From the NCBI GenBank assembly GCA_039811685.1, contig JBDHZC010000011.1:1-49711 (forward strand): a stretch of 49,711 nt of DNA. The letters are read 5' to 3'. Position 1 is the first letter of the stretch. Each line of letters begins with the position of its first letter. This DNA is from Armatimonadota bacterium. GTDB lineage: Bacteria; Armatimonadota; UBA5829; DSUL01. The position numbers and the translations under genes were made by a program. The notes beneath the pieces were generated by a model, which was given only the letters and a program-made list of their open reading frames with translations, did no database searches and was not told the DNA's origin. Below, piece after piece: positions 28,793 to 40,352 of the stretch.

Positions 28793-30847
28793 CTACTTCA
28801 ACATCCCCAAGAAAGCGTCGTCGAAGTACGCCGCTCCTGACTGGCCCTCAATCCACAGGTTCAGCGACAGCCGCTGCGAGCCTTCAGGCGCTGCGCCCTG
28901 CACGTCAAGATACTTCCAGTCGCTTGTGCCGGAGACTTTGACCGGGTTCACAAACTCTTTGAGCGGAGCGCCGCCATTGTCCGTGAAGGTGATGGACATC
29001 CACGCGCCACCCTTGTCCGAAGCAGTGAGTTTATCCGTCCTGATCCAGATACCCCCTGCATAGGTTTTGCCGGGCGTTATAGTCCCGTAATTTGTAATCT
29101 GCCGGATCGCTGAGGCCTCTGGTGTCGGATTCAGCTTCATCGAGCGCTTCCCCGTGCGGCTGACATCTTGCGTCACTTCCCAACTGCCCTGCTTCAGCGC
29201 CTCCCAGGTTAGCGGCTGCATCTGTTTGGCGCCCGGATCGGCCACCTTTTCAAAGCCGGGGTTCAACGCCATGTTAGTTACTTTTGGCCAGGAATCTGGC
29301 CCGATTTTCATTGCGACAGTTGAAACCTGATTGGGGCTGACGCTCACCCCCGCAAGCTCAAAGCTGTTGTAGCCACCCAGAGTCGCCTCCAGCGTGTAGG
29401 GGATAGCCGGAAGCCCCTGAAAGCGGAAAGCGCCTGTGGTGTCCGTTTTAGTTGTCTCCCCGCCAGGTCCAAGGGCCACAGCCACCGCTGGCAGTGGCGC
29501 TCCAGTCATTCCGTCAGTCACGCGTCCGGCTATGGTGCCGGTCGCAGAGGCGGCAAGGGGCATGTCGGCCGGTGTGTTGGCCCCTTTCAGCACACGCGCC
29601 TTGCGCTCAGTTCTACGAAAGCCGGGCGCTTCCACCACAACCAGATACGCGTCCTGATTGAGGCTGGGGAACCAGAAATTGCCCATAGCATCAGAAGTCG
29701 TCGTCTTTCCCTGCCCCTGCAGTGAGACAGCGGCGCCGGGCAGGCGGGCTTTGTACTTTGCGTCCATGACAGTCCCGCTGATGGCGCCCGTTGAATCAGT
29801 CGGCTTTGCAAGGAAGCGCACAGCGTCGTACTGCGCGTGGCGCTTTACGGGCACGCCGTCCGGTAGGGTTGCGCTGTCAGGATCAACCCAGTTGAATGCT
29901 TTCCATCCAGCGTCACTGAACAAAAACGGCAGGACAGCCACAATCTCCGGCCACTTCGGATAGTAGTCGCGGAAGGCGCGCATGGTGTAGTCTGCCCGGT
30001 TGGCTTCGTCAATGGCCGGGTAGCCCTCCGTCTCATACAACCCATTTCCCAGCACCCAGCCTGTCTCCGTGATCATCACCTTCACGTCCTTGCGACCGTG
30101 CCTGGCCAGAGCTTCCGTCTCAAGGATATAACCGTCAATCGTCGCTTCTTTGTACCTGGCTGTCTTGTCGTGAATGTTGTAAGAGGGTGGGTGATTTTGT
30201 GGGTACGGATGTGATGCCCACACGTCAAAAGCGTTAATGAAGTCCGGGTCGGCCTTCACGCACTCATCCACACAGTCTGAGCACAGGGCAAATGCGCCGT
30301 TCATAACCACAATGCGTTTGTCCCCTAAAGACCGAATGGCGCGGGATACTTCTGTGAAAAAGTGAGCGTACTGCGCCAGATCGGCCTTTCCGCTCCACTC
30401 CAGATCCAGATTTGGCTCGTTCCAGACCTCAATATAAAGTGGGTATTTGTCCGAGCGGGGCAGGTCGCGCACCACACTTTTCACAGCTTCCGCCATGCCC
30501 TTGTACGAGCCGTCCGCATCCGATTCCGGTTTGAGCCAGTAGCCTTTGGCGCCGTCGTAAACGCCCGCAAGCCGGATTACCGGGATCATGTCCATCTGGT
30601 AGATTGCGGACACAAACTCTTTCCAGTTTCCCGGCGCGCCCTTCGTCCCGCGCGTGATACCCCCAAAGAGCGTTTTGAGGTAGCTGCCCTTGCCGTTCAA
30701 CTGCCGCGCCCATTGAAGCTGCGCTTTCCCATAGGCGTCTGGTGTGTCGCACACCAGATGCGCTCCAAAAAAGTTGTTCTGGGCGCAAGCCGGCGCGGCC
30801 GCCAGAGCCGCGATTGCGCCAAACAAAGCCAGGTACAGGAATCTCAC
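28793..30847 (-). CDS. Secreted glycoside hydrolase (clan GH-A-like) with carboxypeptidase-regulatory-like repeats and a CBM-like C-terminus
   Basis: Signal peptide, EVWNEPN, SHPYP, ITETGW, NPGFE. Confidence 0.8.
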   Translation of the reverse strand: MRFLYLALFGAIAALAAAPACAQNNFFGAHLVCDTPDAYGKAQLQWARQLNGKGSYLKTLFGGITRGTKGAPGNWKEFVSAIYQMDMIPVIRLAGVYDGAKGYWLKPESDADGSYKGMAEAVKSVVRDLPRSDKYPLYIEVWNEPNLDLEWSGKADLAQYAHFFTEVSRAIRSLGDKRIVVMNGAFALCSDCVDECVKADPDFINAFDVWASHPYPQNHPPSYNIHDKTARYKEATIDGYILETEALARHGRKDVKVMITETGWVLGNGLYETEGYPAIDEANRADYTMRAFRDYYPKWPEIVAVLPFLFSDAGWKAFNWVDPDSATLPDGVPVKRHAQYDAVRFLAKPTDSTGAISGTVMDAKYKARLPGAAVSLQGQGKTTTSDAMGNFWFPSLNQDAYLVVVEAPGFRRTERKARVLKGANTPADMPLAASATGTIAGRVTDGMTGAPLPAVAVALGPGGETTKTDTTGAFRFQGLPAIPYTLEATLGGYNSFELAGVSVSPNQVSTVAMKIGPDSWPKVTNMALNPGFEKVADPGAKQMQPLTWEALKQGSWEVTQDVSRTGKRSMKLNPTPEASAIRQITNYGTITPGKTYAGGIWIRTDKLTASDKGGAWMSITFTDNGGAPLKEFVNPVKVSGTSDWKYLDVQGAAPEGSQRLSLNLWIEGQSGAAYFDDAFLGMLK

Positions 30848-30942
30848 TGTCTCGCCGTCTCCTCGTAGAAGTTGCTATTATGAGCTTAGCGCAGCCCGCG
30901 CCAGCGTCCTGCATACGCTTACAGATTCAAGAGTCTCTCGCA

Positions 30943-31710
30943 ATGCGTTTTCGCCGTTTTCTGACAGTTTTGCTTCTCTTTGCGCTTTGCGCCGGTGAGA
31001 ATCCGTCGCAGGGCTCCACTCTGCTTGTTTCCGCCGCCTCCAGCCTGACGGAGACCCTTCCAGAGATTGTCCGCTCCTATGAAAAAAGCCATCCTCGCGT
31101 GCGCGTACAGATGAACTTTGGCTCTTCTGGTTCTCTCCAGCGCCAAATTGAACGGGGCGCGCTGGTGGACGTCTTTTTGTCCGCTTCCAGAACGCAAATG
31201 GATGCGCTGCAGAAGAAGCGTCTGATCCTGAGCTCAACACGAACCGATTTTGCGGACAACGAGATTGTGCTGGTGGCGCAAAAAGACTCGACTGAGATCA
31301 GAAAGTGGACAGACCTTCACCGCGCCGGGATTTCCTATGTTGCCATCAGCGACCCTGACACTGTGCCATCGGGTGAATATGCGCGCCAGACGCTGCGCAA
31401 GCTCGGTTTGTGGGTAGACCTCCAGCCCAGGCTTGTGCTTGGTGAAAACGTGAGGCAGACGCTGGCCTACGTGCAACAGAAGAGCGTGGACGCTGGCGTA
31501 GTTTTCGCGTCTGATCTGCGCATCGCCCGGGGTCTGCGCCTGATAGCCCGGGCGCCCTCCCGCACGCACGCGCCCATTGTCTATACCGCCGCTGTTACGA
31601 AATCTTCTCGCCAGCCAGAACAAGCTACAGCCTTCGCACGCTTCCTAAAATCAGCGAGCGCTCAGGCGACGCTGAAGCGCTTTGGCTTCAAGCCGGTCGC
31701 GCTGCGCTGA
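30943..31710 (+). CDS. modA: Molybdate ABC transporter substrate-binding protein
   Basis: VSAASSL, GSSGSL, DVFLSA, VPSGEYA, ENVRQ. Confidence 0.92.
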   Translation: MRFRRFLTVLLLFALCAGENPSQGSTLLVSAASSLTETLPEIVRSYEKSHPRVRVQMNFGSSGSLQRQIERGALVDVFLSASRTQMDALQKKRLILSSTRTDFADNEIVLVAQKDSTEIRKWTDLHRAGISYVAISDPDTVPSGEYARQTLRKLGLWVDLQPRLVLGENVRQTLAYVQQKSVDAGVVFASDLRIARGLRLIARAPSRTHAPIVYTAAVTKSSRQPEQATAFARFLKSASAQATLKRFGFKPVALR

Positions 31711-32381
31711 TGTCGCCCTCTCTCTCGCCAGTGTGGGTGTCCTTGAAAGTGACGCTTTGCGCCAGCGCCGCAGTACTGGTCATCGGCACCCTTCTGGCCT
31801 GGCGGCTGGCGATGTGGCGCTGGCGGGGAAAAGCCGTCCTGGAGACAATTCTGACACTTCCGCTCGTGTTGCCTCCGACAGCCGTTGGCTATTATCTGCT
31901 GCTGATACTTGGACGGGGAACAGCCTTTGGCGAGTGGTTGAACGCTATGGGAATCCGCTTGATCCTGACGTGGCAGGGCGCCGCGATCGCCGCTGCTGTT
32001 ATGGCGGCGCCGCTGATGGTGAAAAGCGCCCAGACGGCTATGGAGGGTGTGGACACCGAAATGCAGGAGGCCGCCCGGACGCTGGGCGCGGGAGAGTGGA
32101 CGATCTTCTGGTACGTGCTGCTGCCCCTGTCGTACCGCGGTCTTCTGGCGGGCGCGGCGCTATCGTTCGCCAGGGCGCTGAGTGAGTTTGGCGCAACGTT
32201 GATGGTGGCAGGCAACATCCCGGGACGCACTCAGACCGCGCCGATTGCGCTCTACACCGCGGTGCAGGCCGGCCGCGACGGTGAAGCCGCGGCCTACGCC
32301 GTATTGTTGACTGTCATTGCGTTCGCGATGCTGTGGCTGGTCAGCTTCTACCAGCGCCGCCTGAGCGCCGCACGAAGCTAA
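31710..32381 (+). CDS. modB: Molybdate ABC transporter permease
   Basis: LPLVLPPTAVG, EAARTLGA, FARALSEFGAT, GNIPGRT. Confidence 0.93.
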   Translation: MSPSLSPVWVSLKVTLCASAAVLVIGTLLAWRLAMWRWRGKAVLETILTLPLVLPPTAVGYYLLLILGRGTAFGEWLNAMGIRLILTWQGAAIAAAVMAAPLMVKSAQTAMEGVDTEMQEAARTLGAGEWTIFWYVLLPLSYRGLLAGAALSFARALSEFGATLMVAGNIPGRTQTAPIALYTAVQAGRDGEAAAYAVLLTVIAFAMLWLVSFYQRRLSAARS

Positions 32382-32431
32382 TCTCGTGGCCTCATTCGCC
32401 CTTCACACAGCGTCGCCGGAACGCGGCAGAC

Positions 32432-34204
32432 TCAGGAGACCGGAATCTTCTCCTGGGCTTTCAGCCTCCGCTTGAGGTTCTCAGCCTGATCGCGGAACTC
32501 CTGCGGCAGATCGTCGCCAAACTTCTGGAAGAACTCCTCAATGCCCTCAACTTCCTCCAGCCACGCGTCGGGATCTACAGTCAGAAGCTGCTCTACTGTA
32601 TCACCCGGGAGGTCAAGGCCACTGAGGTTGAGCTCCTGCGCGCGCGGAAGCCGCCCGATTGGCGTTTCTGTGCCCTCAACTTCATCCCGGCACCGCTTGA
32701 GCGCCCACTCCAGCGCTCTAAGATTGTCGCCGAAACCTGGCCAGAGGTAGTTACCCTCGTCGTCTTTCTTGAACCAGTTGACGTTGAAGATTTTCGGCGG
32801 ATGTGGAATGCGTTTACCCATCTCCAGCCAGTGGTGGAAGTAATCCGCCATGTTGTAGCCACAGAAGGGCAGCATAGCCATCGGATCGCGGCGAAGCACT
32901 CCGGAAGCGCTGGTGGCAGCGGCGGTGGTTTCCGATCCCATCGTCGCTCCAACGAAAGTCCCGTGATTCCAGTCCAGCGTCTCGTAAATCAGCGGAGTCA
33001 GATGTGAGCGGCGCCCTCCAAAGAAGATGGCCGAAATCGGCACGCCCTGCGGGTCTTCCCAGTGCGAAGACATGACCGGACACTGCGCGGCTGGCGCGGT
33101 GAAGCGGCTGTTCGGATGGGCGCCCTTCTCTCCGCGCTCAGGAGTCCACTCATCGCCCTTCCAGTCCGTGCCGTGCGCTGGCGGGTCCACGCCCATTCCT
33201 TCCCACCATACCGTGTTGTCGTCCGCCTTCACAACGTTGGTGAAAATGGTGTTCTTCTTCATTGTGAGCATGGCGTTCGGGTTGGTCTTCATGCTGGTTC
33301 CGGGAAGCACGCCGAAGAATCCGGCCTCCGGATTAATGGCCCACAAACGCCCGTCCGGCCCGACGCGCAGCCACGCAATGTCATCACCAACTGTGTACAC
33401 TTTGTAGCCTGGCATGGAGTCCGGCGGAATGAGCATGGCCAGGTTGGTCTTGCCGCAGGCGCTCGGGAAAGCAGCGGCAATGTAGGACGTGTTCCCCTGT
33501 GGGTCTTCAACACCCAGAATGAGCATGTGCTCCGCCATCCACTGCTCCTTGCGCCCCAGATAGCTAGCGATGCGCAGAGACAGACACTTCTTGCCCAGGA
33601 GCGCGTTGCCACCGTAGCCGGAGCCAAAGCTCCAGATCCGGTTGTCCTGCGGGAAGTGACAGATGTAGCGGCGGTCAATATCCAGCTCACCGTTGGAGTG
33701 CAGGCACTCCGTAAACTTGCCGTTCGTGCGAAGCTGCTCAAGCGCCACATTGCCCATGCGCGTCATCATGCGCATGTTTTGCACGACGTAGAGGCTGTCC
33801 GTAAGCTGAATGCCAACCTCGCAGAAAGGGGATCCGGGCGGGCCCATGATGAAGGGAATAACGTACATCGTGCGCCCCTTCATACAGCCGTTGAACAGAG
33901 CGCGCAGCTTTTCGTAGGCGGCGTCTGGCGCCATCCAGTTGTTGGTCGGCCCGGCCTCCCGCTCGGTGGGTGTGCAGATGAATGTGAGGTGCTCCGTGCG
34001 GGCGACGTCGTTCTGCGCAGACCGGTGATAGTAGCACCCCGGCAGCTTCTCCTGGTCCAGCCTCTGGAACTCACCTGTCTTTAGCGACAGCTCGTAAAAG
34101 CGCTCTTTCTCTTCGTCCGACCCGTCGCACCAGACGACCTGATCGGGCTGACACAGAGCAGCCATCTCTTCCACCCAGGCGGCGGCTTTGTCATTTTGAA
34201 CCAT
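32432..34204 (-). CDS. pckG: Phosphoenolpyruvate carboxykinase (GTP)
   Basis: GSGYGGNALLGKKC, FPSACGKTNLAM, VGDDIAW, RRDPMAMLPFCGYN. Confidence 0.96.
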   Translation of the reverse strand: MVQNDKAAAWVEEMAALCQPDQVVWCDGSDEEKERFYELSLKTGEFQRLDQEKLPGCYYHRSAQNDVARTEHLTFICTPTEREAGPTNNWMAPDAAYEKLRALFNGCMKGRTMYVIPFIMGPPGSPFCEVGIQLTDSLYVVQNMRMMTRMGNVALEQLRTNGKFTECLHSNGELDIDRRYICHFPQDNRIWSFGSGYGGNALLGKKCLSLRIASYLGRKEQWMAEHMLILGVEDPQGNTSYIAAAFPSACGKTNLAMLIPPDSMPGYKVYTVGDDIAWLRVGPDGRLWAINPEAGFFGVLPGTSMKTNPNAMLTMKKNTIFTNVVKADDNTVWWEGMGVDPPAHGTDWKGDEWTPERGEKGAHPNSRFTAPAAQCPVMSSHWEDPQGVPISAIFFGGRRSHLTPLIYETLDWNHGTFVGATMGSETTAAATSASGVLRRDPMAMLPFCGYNMADYFHHWLEMGKRIPHPPKIFNVNWFKKDDEGNYLWPGFGDNLRALEWALKRCRDEVEGTETPIGRLPRAQELNLSGLDLPGDTVEQLLTVDPDAWLEEVEGIEEFFQKFGDDLPQEFRDQAENLKRRLKAQEKIPVS

Positions 34205-34582
34205 GAGTCACTCCTCATACGCCGCGCGTCGAACGTCTGCGGCGGTAGCTGTTTTTTGAGGTATCCGGCTTGTGAAATCCGGCAGTCAGGAGAGCCTGTG
34301 CCCACAGCGCCGTAACCATCACCAGACGCCTGCGCACCGGGCCGAGAAAGACGCCGAGCGGTCAGGCCACTATCCCCTCAAGCGTCTCCGCTTTACCGGA
34401 TACGCATTCAAGCACGATTCCGCGCACTTTGACAACAGGGAATCGGGCTACTGGGCAGAACTTTGTGAAAAATTACGCATAACCGGCGGGCGCGGACGCT
34501 TCAGCGGGTTTATAATGGCGTCAGAAAGGCGCTCGACGCTCTGTACAATAGCAGCGCCTGCAAATGAGGACTAAGCCCGACT

Positions 34583-36646
34583 ATGAGATATTTGCCGCGC
34601 TTTCGATTTCATCTGTTTGTTGCGACTCTCTGCGCTCTGAGCCTTTTCCGCCTGAATCCGGCTCATGGCTCTGCCGGGAAGGCCGAAGGCTCTTCGTCTG
34701 CAACAGTCATGTCAAGTGAGATCGCTATCTACGGGGCTACACCCAGCGGCATCAGCGCGGCGCTTTCAGCAGCACGGCTGGGCTCCAAAGTGCTTCTGCT
34801 GGAGCGCAACGCGCACATCGGCGGGTTGATGGCCAACGGGCTTGGCGCGACAGACATCAAGAATCGCGCCGCAATCGCGGGCAATTTTCTGGAGTTTGTA
34901 AGAAGTGTCAAGCAATACTACTCGGACACGTACGGCGCTGATTCCGCCCAGGTCAAAGCCTGCAATGACGGCTACTACTTTGAGCCTCACGTCGCGGAGT
35001 TGCTCTTCAAGCGCGCGATTGGCGCAGAGCCTAATATTACGCTCATCCAGCCTGTAGAACTCGAAAAGGTCGAAAAAGACGGGCGCAAAATCAGAGCGCT
35101 GGAGCTGCGCGATCTCAACAGCGGCAACCGTCTCAATGTTCGCGCTGGGACATTCATTGACGCCACTTACGAAGGAGACCTGGCGGCTCTGGCGGGTGCG
35201 CCGTTTCGGGTCGGCCGTGAGGCGCGGGCCAAGTACGGGGAGCCGTACGCCGGCGTCATCTACTGGGGCTACTGGAACAAACGCTACTATGACGATCTCT
35301 CCACGGGAAAGGGCGACCAGCGTATCCAGGCCTACAACTACCGTCTTTGCCTCACTGACGTCCCTGAAAATCGCAAGCCCTTCGAGAAGCCAGAAAACTA
35401 CAACCGTCAGGAGTTTATGATTTTGTCGCGCCAGGTGCGCCTGGGGCAGGTCAAGCACTTCGATCAGGCAGTCAGTATCATCCGGATGCCTAACGGCAAG
35501 AGCGACACCAACAACCACACAATTCCCCTGATTTCTACTGACCTGCCAGTTGAGAACTATCCGTATCCGACGGCTTCCTGGGAGTGGCGCGACCACTTCG
35601 CAAAGCGCCTGCGCGACTACACGCTGGGATTTCTGTACTTCAGCCAGAACGATCTGTCGCTGCCGCAGTTTTTCAGAGACGAAGCCAGGCAGTGGGGGCT
35701 GGCCAAAGACGAGTATGTTGACAACGGCAATTTCCCGCGCCAGATCTATGTTCGCGAAGCGCGCCGCATTGACGGAATGTACAACTTCACCGCTTACGAC
35801 CTGATTATCAAGCCGGATATGCACCGCACAAGATTGCAGCCCGGCTCCATCGCCTGCGGGTCTTACGAGATGGACAGCCACGCCACCCGCAAATACGAGC
35901 CAGGAGTACCGGTTATGGAAGGTTTGCTGGGAGTCTGGCAGCACTCAAACGTCTATCAGATTCCTTACGGCGTAATCGTCCCGCGCAAGGTAAAGAATCT
36001 GCTGGTTTGTGGCGCGATATCCGGCACGCACATGGGTTTTAGCACCCTGCGTATGGAGCCGTGCTGGATGGCGATGGGACAGGCAGCGGGAACCGCTTCA
36101 AACATTGCCCTCAAAGACCACGTGGACGTTCCAGATGTGGAAGTCGCAAAGCTCCAGCGCCAGCTTCTGGCGGACAACGCTGTACTGATGTACTTTGAAG
36201 ACGTCCCCACAGACAATCCGGACAGCCCGGCGATTCAGTTTTTTGGCTCAAGACTGCTGGAGTCCTACCAGGCGAATCCGGCCAAGCCACTGGACAGGGC
36301 GACTGCGGCAATCTGGCTGGATGAGGCGCGCAGGCTGGGACTCTGGAGCCACCCTTACAAGCGCGTGTCCGATCCATTTGTTGACGTGCGCGAAGGAGAG
36401 GTAGCTTTCAAAGAGATTAGAGCGCTGGCGGAGCGCGGGATGTTTACAAAAGAGATACAGCAGCGCGAGTTCAGACCGTATGAAGCGCTCACACCAGACC
36501 AGCTTACACAGTGGTTTGCAGACGCCGGCATTGATGCGAAGTTGCCTGACTTCACCGGGCGGTATCAGATCAGGCGCGGAGAGTTTCTGACCATTCTATA
36601 TAATCTGAACAGCGGCAACGCCCTTCACGTGGGCGACAATAAGTAG
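34583..36646 (+). CDS. Secreted FAD-dependent oxidoreductase with SLH-like C-terminus
   Basis: [40 protein letters not shown]. Confidence 0.85.
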   Translation: MRYLPRFRFHLFVATLCALSLFRLNPAHGSAGKAEGSSSATVMSSEIAIYGATPSGISAALSAARLGSKVLLLERNAHIGGLMANGLGATDIKNRAAIAGNFLEFVRSVKQYYSDTYGADSAQVKACNDGYYFEPHVAELLFKRAIGAEPNITLIQPVELEKVEKDGRKIRALELRDLNSGNRLNVRAGTFIDATYEGDLAALAGAPFRVGREARAKYGEPYAGVIYWGYWNKRYYDDLSTGKGDQRIQAYNYRLCLTDVPENRKPFEKPENYNRQEFMILSRQVRLGQVKHFDQAVSIIRMPNGKSDTNNHTIPLISTDLPVENYPYPTASWEWRDHFAKRLRDYTLGFLYFSQNDLSLPQFFRDEARQWGLAKDEYVDNGNFPRQIYVREARRIDGMYNFTAYDLIIKPDMHRTRLQPGSIACGSYEMDSHATRKYEPGVPVMEGLLGVWQHSNVYQIPYGVIVPRKVKNLLVCGAISGTHMGFSTLRMEPCWMAMGQAAGTASNIALKDHVDVPDVEVAKLQRQLLADNAVLMYFEDVPTDNPDSPAIQFFGSRLLESYQANPAKPLDRATAAIWLDEARRLGLWSHPYKRVSDPFVDVREGEVAFKEIRALAERGMFTKEIQQREFRPYEALTPDQLTQWFADAGIDAKLPDFTGRYQIRRGEFLTILYNLNSGNALHVGDNK

Positions 36647-36665
36647 AGAGGAGTCACCGACAAAG

Positions 36666-37772
36666 ATGGCAACAGCAGGCGCTACGGATATTAAGAGAGT
36701 CTTCAATTTCAGTGCGGGACCGGCGGTTCTGCCAGAGCCTGTTCTCAAACAGGCAGCCGAGGAGATGCTCTCCTGGCATGGCAGCGGCATGTCTGTGATG
36801 GAGATGAGCCATCGCGGCAAGGAGTTCATCGCTATTGCTGCGGAAGCCGAAGCTGATCTGCGGGAGCTTCTGGGAATTCCGGAGACCCACAAAGTGCTCT
36901 TTCTTCAGGGAGGAGCTACAGTGCAGTTTGCAGCAGTCCCGATGAACCTGCTGCGCGGGAAAACCAGAGCCGACTATATCAACACAGGCCAGTGGTCCAA
37001 AAAGGCCATTTCAGAAGCGAAAAAGTACTGTGACGTGAATGTGGCCGCCACCGCTGAAGACCGCAACTTCACCTACGTACCCGACCGCAGCGTTTGGAGC
37101 CTTTCCTCTGAGGCAGCCTACGTTCACTACACATCAAATGAGACGATCGGCGGAGTTGAGTTTCACGCTGTCCCAGATACAGGCGGAGTCCCGCTGGCAT
37201 GCGATATGTCATCCGACTTCCTGTCACGCCCCCTGGACGTGAGCAAGTTCGGCGTCATCTACGCTGGAGCGCAGAAGAATGTCGGCCCGGCCGGGTTGAC
37301 GATCGTCATTGTCCGGGAGGATCTCCTGGGCGATCCTCTGCCTTCGACGCCAACATTACTGGATTACAAAATTCAGGCCGACAACGACTCGATGTACAAC
37401 ACTCCGCCGACCTTCGCCATCTATGTGGCGGGACTGGTGTTCAAGTGGGTGAAGGAACAGGGCGGCTTGAGCGGCGTGGAGCAGAAGAACATCGCCAAAG
37501 CCAGCCTGCTGTATGACTTCATTGACTCCAGCGGGCTGTACCAGTCCCCGGTGGCGCCGGCAGACCGCAGCCGCATGAATATCCCGTTCACTCTGCGCAA
37601 GGAAGGCCTGGACGATCAGTTCCTGAAGGAGGCCAGAGAACACGGTATGGTGCAGCTAAAAGGCCACCGGTCCGTCGGCGGGATGCGAGCGTCTATCTAC
37701 AATGCTATGCCCATTGAGGGAGTCCAGGCGCTGTGCGGCTTTATGAAGGAGTTTGAAGCTCGCAACGGATAG
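36666..37772 (+). CDS. serC: Phosphoserine aminotransferase
   Basis: [32 protein letters not shown]. Confidence 0.96.
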   Translation: MATAGATDIKRVFNFSAGPAVLPEPVLKQAAEEMLSWHGSGMSVMEMSHRGKEFIAIAAEAEADLRELLGIPETHKVLFLQGGATVQFAAVPMNLLRGKTRADYINTGQWSKKAISEAKKYCDVNVAATAEDRNFTYVPDRSVWSLSSEAAYVHYTSNETIGGVEFHAVPDTGGVPLACDMSSDFLSRPLDVSKFGVIYAGAQKNVGPAGLTIVIVREDLLGDPLPSTPTLLDYKIQADNDSMYNTPPTFAIYVAGLVFKWVKEQGGLSGVEQKNIAKASLLYDFIDSSGLYQSPVAPADRSRMNIPFTLRKEGLDDQFLKEAREHGMVQLKGHRSVGGMRASIYNAMPIEGVQALCGFMKEFEARNG

Positions 37773-37802
37773 CTCAATTCTCGTAGAGGATTAGCAGACC
37801 GT

Positions 37803-38225
37803 CCCGTTACCGGCGGTTGAAACCGCGCCTGCTCAAACAAAGCCTGCCTGCGCAGGCTGGTGGTAGATCAGAGTCTCCGAAGGGAGACTTCGTACGGTAG
37901 CCGCGACTTCAGTCGCCGGGTGGACGGGAACCCGTCACCGGATGGGTGCGAACCCGTTACCGGCGGTTGAAACCGCGCCTGCCCAAACAAAGCCTGCCTG
38001 CGCAGGCTGGTGGTAGACCAGAGTCTCCGAAGGGAGACTTCGTACCGTAGCCGCGACTTCAGTCGCCGGGTGGACGGGAACCCGTCACCGGGTGGGTGCG
38101 AACCCGTTACCGGCGGTTGAAACCGCGCCTGCCCAAACAAAGCCTGCCTGCGCAGGCTGGTGGTAGATCAGAGTCTCCGAAGGGAGACTTCGTACCGTAG
38201 CCGCGACTTCAGTCGCCGGGTGGAC
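37803..38225. repeat. Tandem 150-nt GTAG-type REP/BIME-like array (~2.8 units)
   Basis: Units start at 37803, 37953 and 38103. Each has an inverted pair CCGGCGGTTGAAACCGCGCCTGC / GTAGCCGCGACTTCAGTCGCCGG plus internal hairpins. Lies between convergent genes. Confidence 0.9.
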
Positions 38226-38233
38226 CGGGTGGA

Positions 38234-39298
38234 CTACAGCACGCTCACATCGCTGGATTCGCCAAGCATGAACCGGTAGGCGCGGGGCTTCGAATCATCG
38301 CGGCACACGCGTACATTGCGCCCCAGAAGGCTGTCCTCCATCCGCGCTTCAAGGTTCTCAATGCAGCAGTCCTCAAGGATAATGGAGTGCTCAATTTCGC
38401 TGTTGGTGACGACGGCGTTGTCGTTGATGGAGGTGAACGGGCCGATATAGGCGTCGGTGATTTTACAGTTGGCGCCGATGATCACCGGCCCGCGGATAGT
38501 CGAGCGGACGATCTCAGAGCCATCTCCCACAACCACGCGGCCGTGTATGACAGAGGCGTCGTCAATCTGCCCACCAAGGCTCGGCTCAAGGTCCTCCAGC
38601 ATCAGGCGGTTGGCCTCCAGCATATCTTCCCGCTTTCCAGTGTCCTTCCACCAGCCGCCAATAATATGGGAATGTACGGTGCGTCCAGTGTCCACCAGAT
38701 ACTGAATCGCGTCGGTGATCTCGAGCTCGCCGCGCCAGCTTGGCTTGATGGAGTTCACGGCCTCAAAGACCGTACGGTCAAACATGTAAACACCGACCAG
38801 GGCCAGATCAGTCTTGGGCTCTTTGGGCTTCTCAACAAGCCGCACAACGCGGTTGCCCTCCAGCTCAGCCACGCCGAACTCAGTGGGGTTTGGCACATGC
38901 GCAAGCAGAATCTGCGCGTTTGGTTTCTCGCGCTCGAACTCCTCCGCCAGATTGATGATGCCGTCGCGGATGAGATTATCGCCCAGGTACATCACAAAAG
39001 GCTCACCGGCGATGAAATCCTCAGCGATCTTCACAGCGTGGGCAAGTCCAAGCGGGGCGTCCTGCTGAATGTAGGTGATGCGACAGCCCCAGCGCGATCC
39101 ATCTCCGCAAGAGTCTCTGATCTCCTGGTGCGTATCCCCGACGACAATGCCAACCTCCCTGACGCCTGCGGCGACTACGGCTTCAATCGTGTAGAAAAGA
39201 ATCGGTTTGTTGGCGACGGGCACGAGCTGCTTGGCGCTGGTGTGCGTGATCGGGCGCAGGCGCGTCCCTTTTCCACCGCTCAGAATGAGTGCTTTCAT
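38234..39298 (-). CDS. rfbA: Glucose-1-phosphate thymidylyltransferase (long form)
   Basis: LSGGKGTRLRP, KQLVPVANKP, GELEITDA, WWKDTG. Confidence 0.92.
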   Translation of the reverse strand: MKALILSGGKGTRLRPITHTSAKQLVPVANKPILFYTIEAVVAAGVREVGIVVGDTHQEIRDSCGDGSRWGCRITYIQQDAPLGLAHAVKIAEDFIAGEPFVMYLGDNLIRDGIINLAEEFEREKPNAQILLAHVPNPTEFGVAELEGNRVVRLVEKPKEPKTDLALVGVYMFDRTVFEAVNSIKPSWRGELEITDAIQYLVDTGRTVHSHIIGGWWKDTGKREDMLEANRLMLEDLEPSLGGQIDDASVIHGRVVVGDGSEIVRSTIRGPVIIGANCKITDAYIGPFTSINDNAVVTNSEIEHSIILEDCCIENLEARMEDSLLGRNVRVCRDDSKPRAYRFMLGESSDVSVL

Positions 39299-39377
39299 AA
39301 GATGGTCGGTTGTCCTTGTCTGTTGCCGGGTGATTTTCCGAGGAGACCAGGAGACTGTACCGCTAAACGCTCCCAGC

Positions 39378-40352
39378 CTACGCCGTTGTCAGCGCGCCCT
39401 GGCGATAGTATTCCACGACACTGCGGATTGTCTCATCAAGGGTAGTATCCGGCGCATAGCCGATCGCCTGTCGCAGTTTTTCCGTGCTCGGCACGCGACG
39501 CTGCATGTCCTCAAATCCATCGCCGTAAGCCTGCGAATAGGGCACGTACTGCAAGGGCGACTTTGATCCGGCTATACGGCGCACACGCAGCGCGAGTTGC
39601 TCGATGGAGACTTCTTCGCTGGCGCCCATATTGAATACCTGACCGGCCGCCTGCTGGGTTTCCATCAACAGACGTGTGCCGCGCACAGCGTCACCGACGT
39701 ACGTGAAGTTGCGGCGCTGCTGGCCGCTGCCAAAGATGCGGATCGGCTCTGCCGCCAGCGCGGAGCGCACGAAGTTTGGCAGCACCATCCCATACATCCC
39801 GGTCTGGCGCGGACCAACCGTATTAAAGTAGCGAACCATGACAGTCTGCACCCCGCGCTCACGGTGGTGCGCCTGTCCAAGGAACTCATCCATCGCCTTG
39901 CTGGTAGCATAAAGCCAGCGCGAGCGGCAGGTCGCCCCGATAATGGAGTCATCCTCTTCAGTGAGAGCGTCAGACGTGTTCTTGCCGTACACCTCTGAGG
40001 TTGAAGCAATCATCACCGGCTGGCCTTCGACGGCGTACTTCAGCACGTTCTCTGTCCCACGCAGATTCACCTCAATAGAAGCCAGAGGCCTGTCCAGAAT
40101 TCTGTGCACGCCCACAGCCGCAGCGAGGTGGTACACCTGATCCGCTTCCCGCACCAATTCGCGCGTCAGTGACTCATCCAGAACTGAGCCTTCCACAACG
40201 TCCAGTGGCGCTGAGGGGCTGACGTGCGCAAGGTTCTCTCTGCGTCCGGTCGAGAAATCGTCCAGAACAATCACTTCAGCGCCATCAGCCAGCAGGCTGT
40301 CCGTGAGGTGTGAGCCAATAAACCCGGCCCCACCCGTAATCAGAGCTTTCAA
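39378..40352 (-). CDS. NAD-dependent nucleotide-sugar epimerase/dehydratase
   Basis: TTG start overlapping the upstream stop; ITGGAGFIG, YATSK, YFNTVGP. Confidence 0.9.
   Translation of the reverse strand: MKALITGGAGFIGSHLTDSLLADGAEVIVLDDFSTGRRENLAHVSPSAPLDVVEGSVLDESLTRELVREADQVYHLAAAVGVHRILDRPLASIEVNLRGTENVLKYAVEGQPVMIASTSEVYGKNTSDALTEEDDSIIGATCRSRWLYATSKAMDEFLGQAHHRERGVQTVMVRYFNTVGPRQTGMYGMVLPNFVRSALAAEPIRIFGSGQQRRNFTYVGDAVRGTRLLMETQQAAGQVFNMGASEEVSIEQLALRVRRIAGSKSPLQYVPYSQAYGDGFEDMQRRVPSTEKLRQAIGYAPDTTLDETIRSVVEYYRQGALTTA

Noticed and set aside
37803..38225. CRISPR array or coding repeat (ORF 37868-38140)
   Set aside because: Whole 150-nt units are near-identical with no unique spacers; the ORF is a by-product of the repeat.
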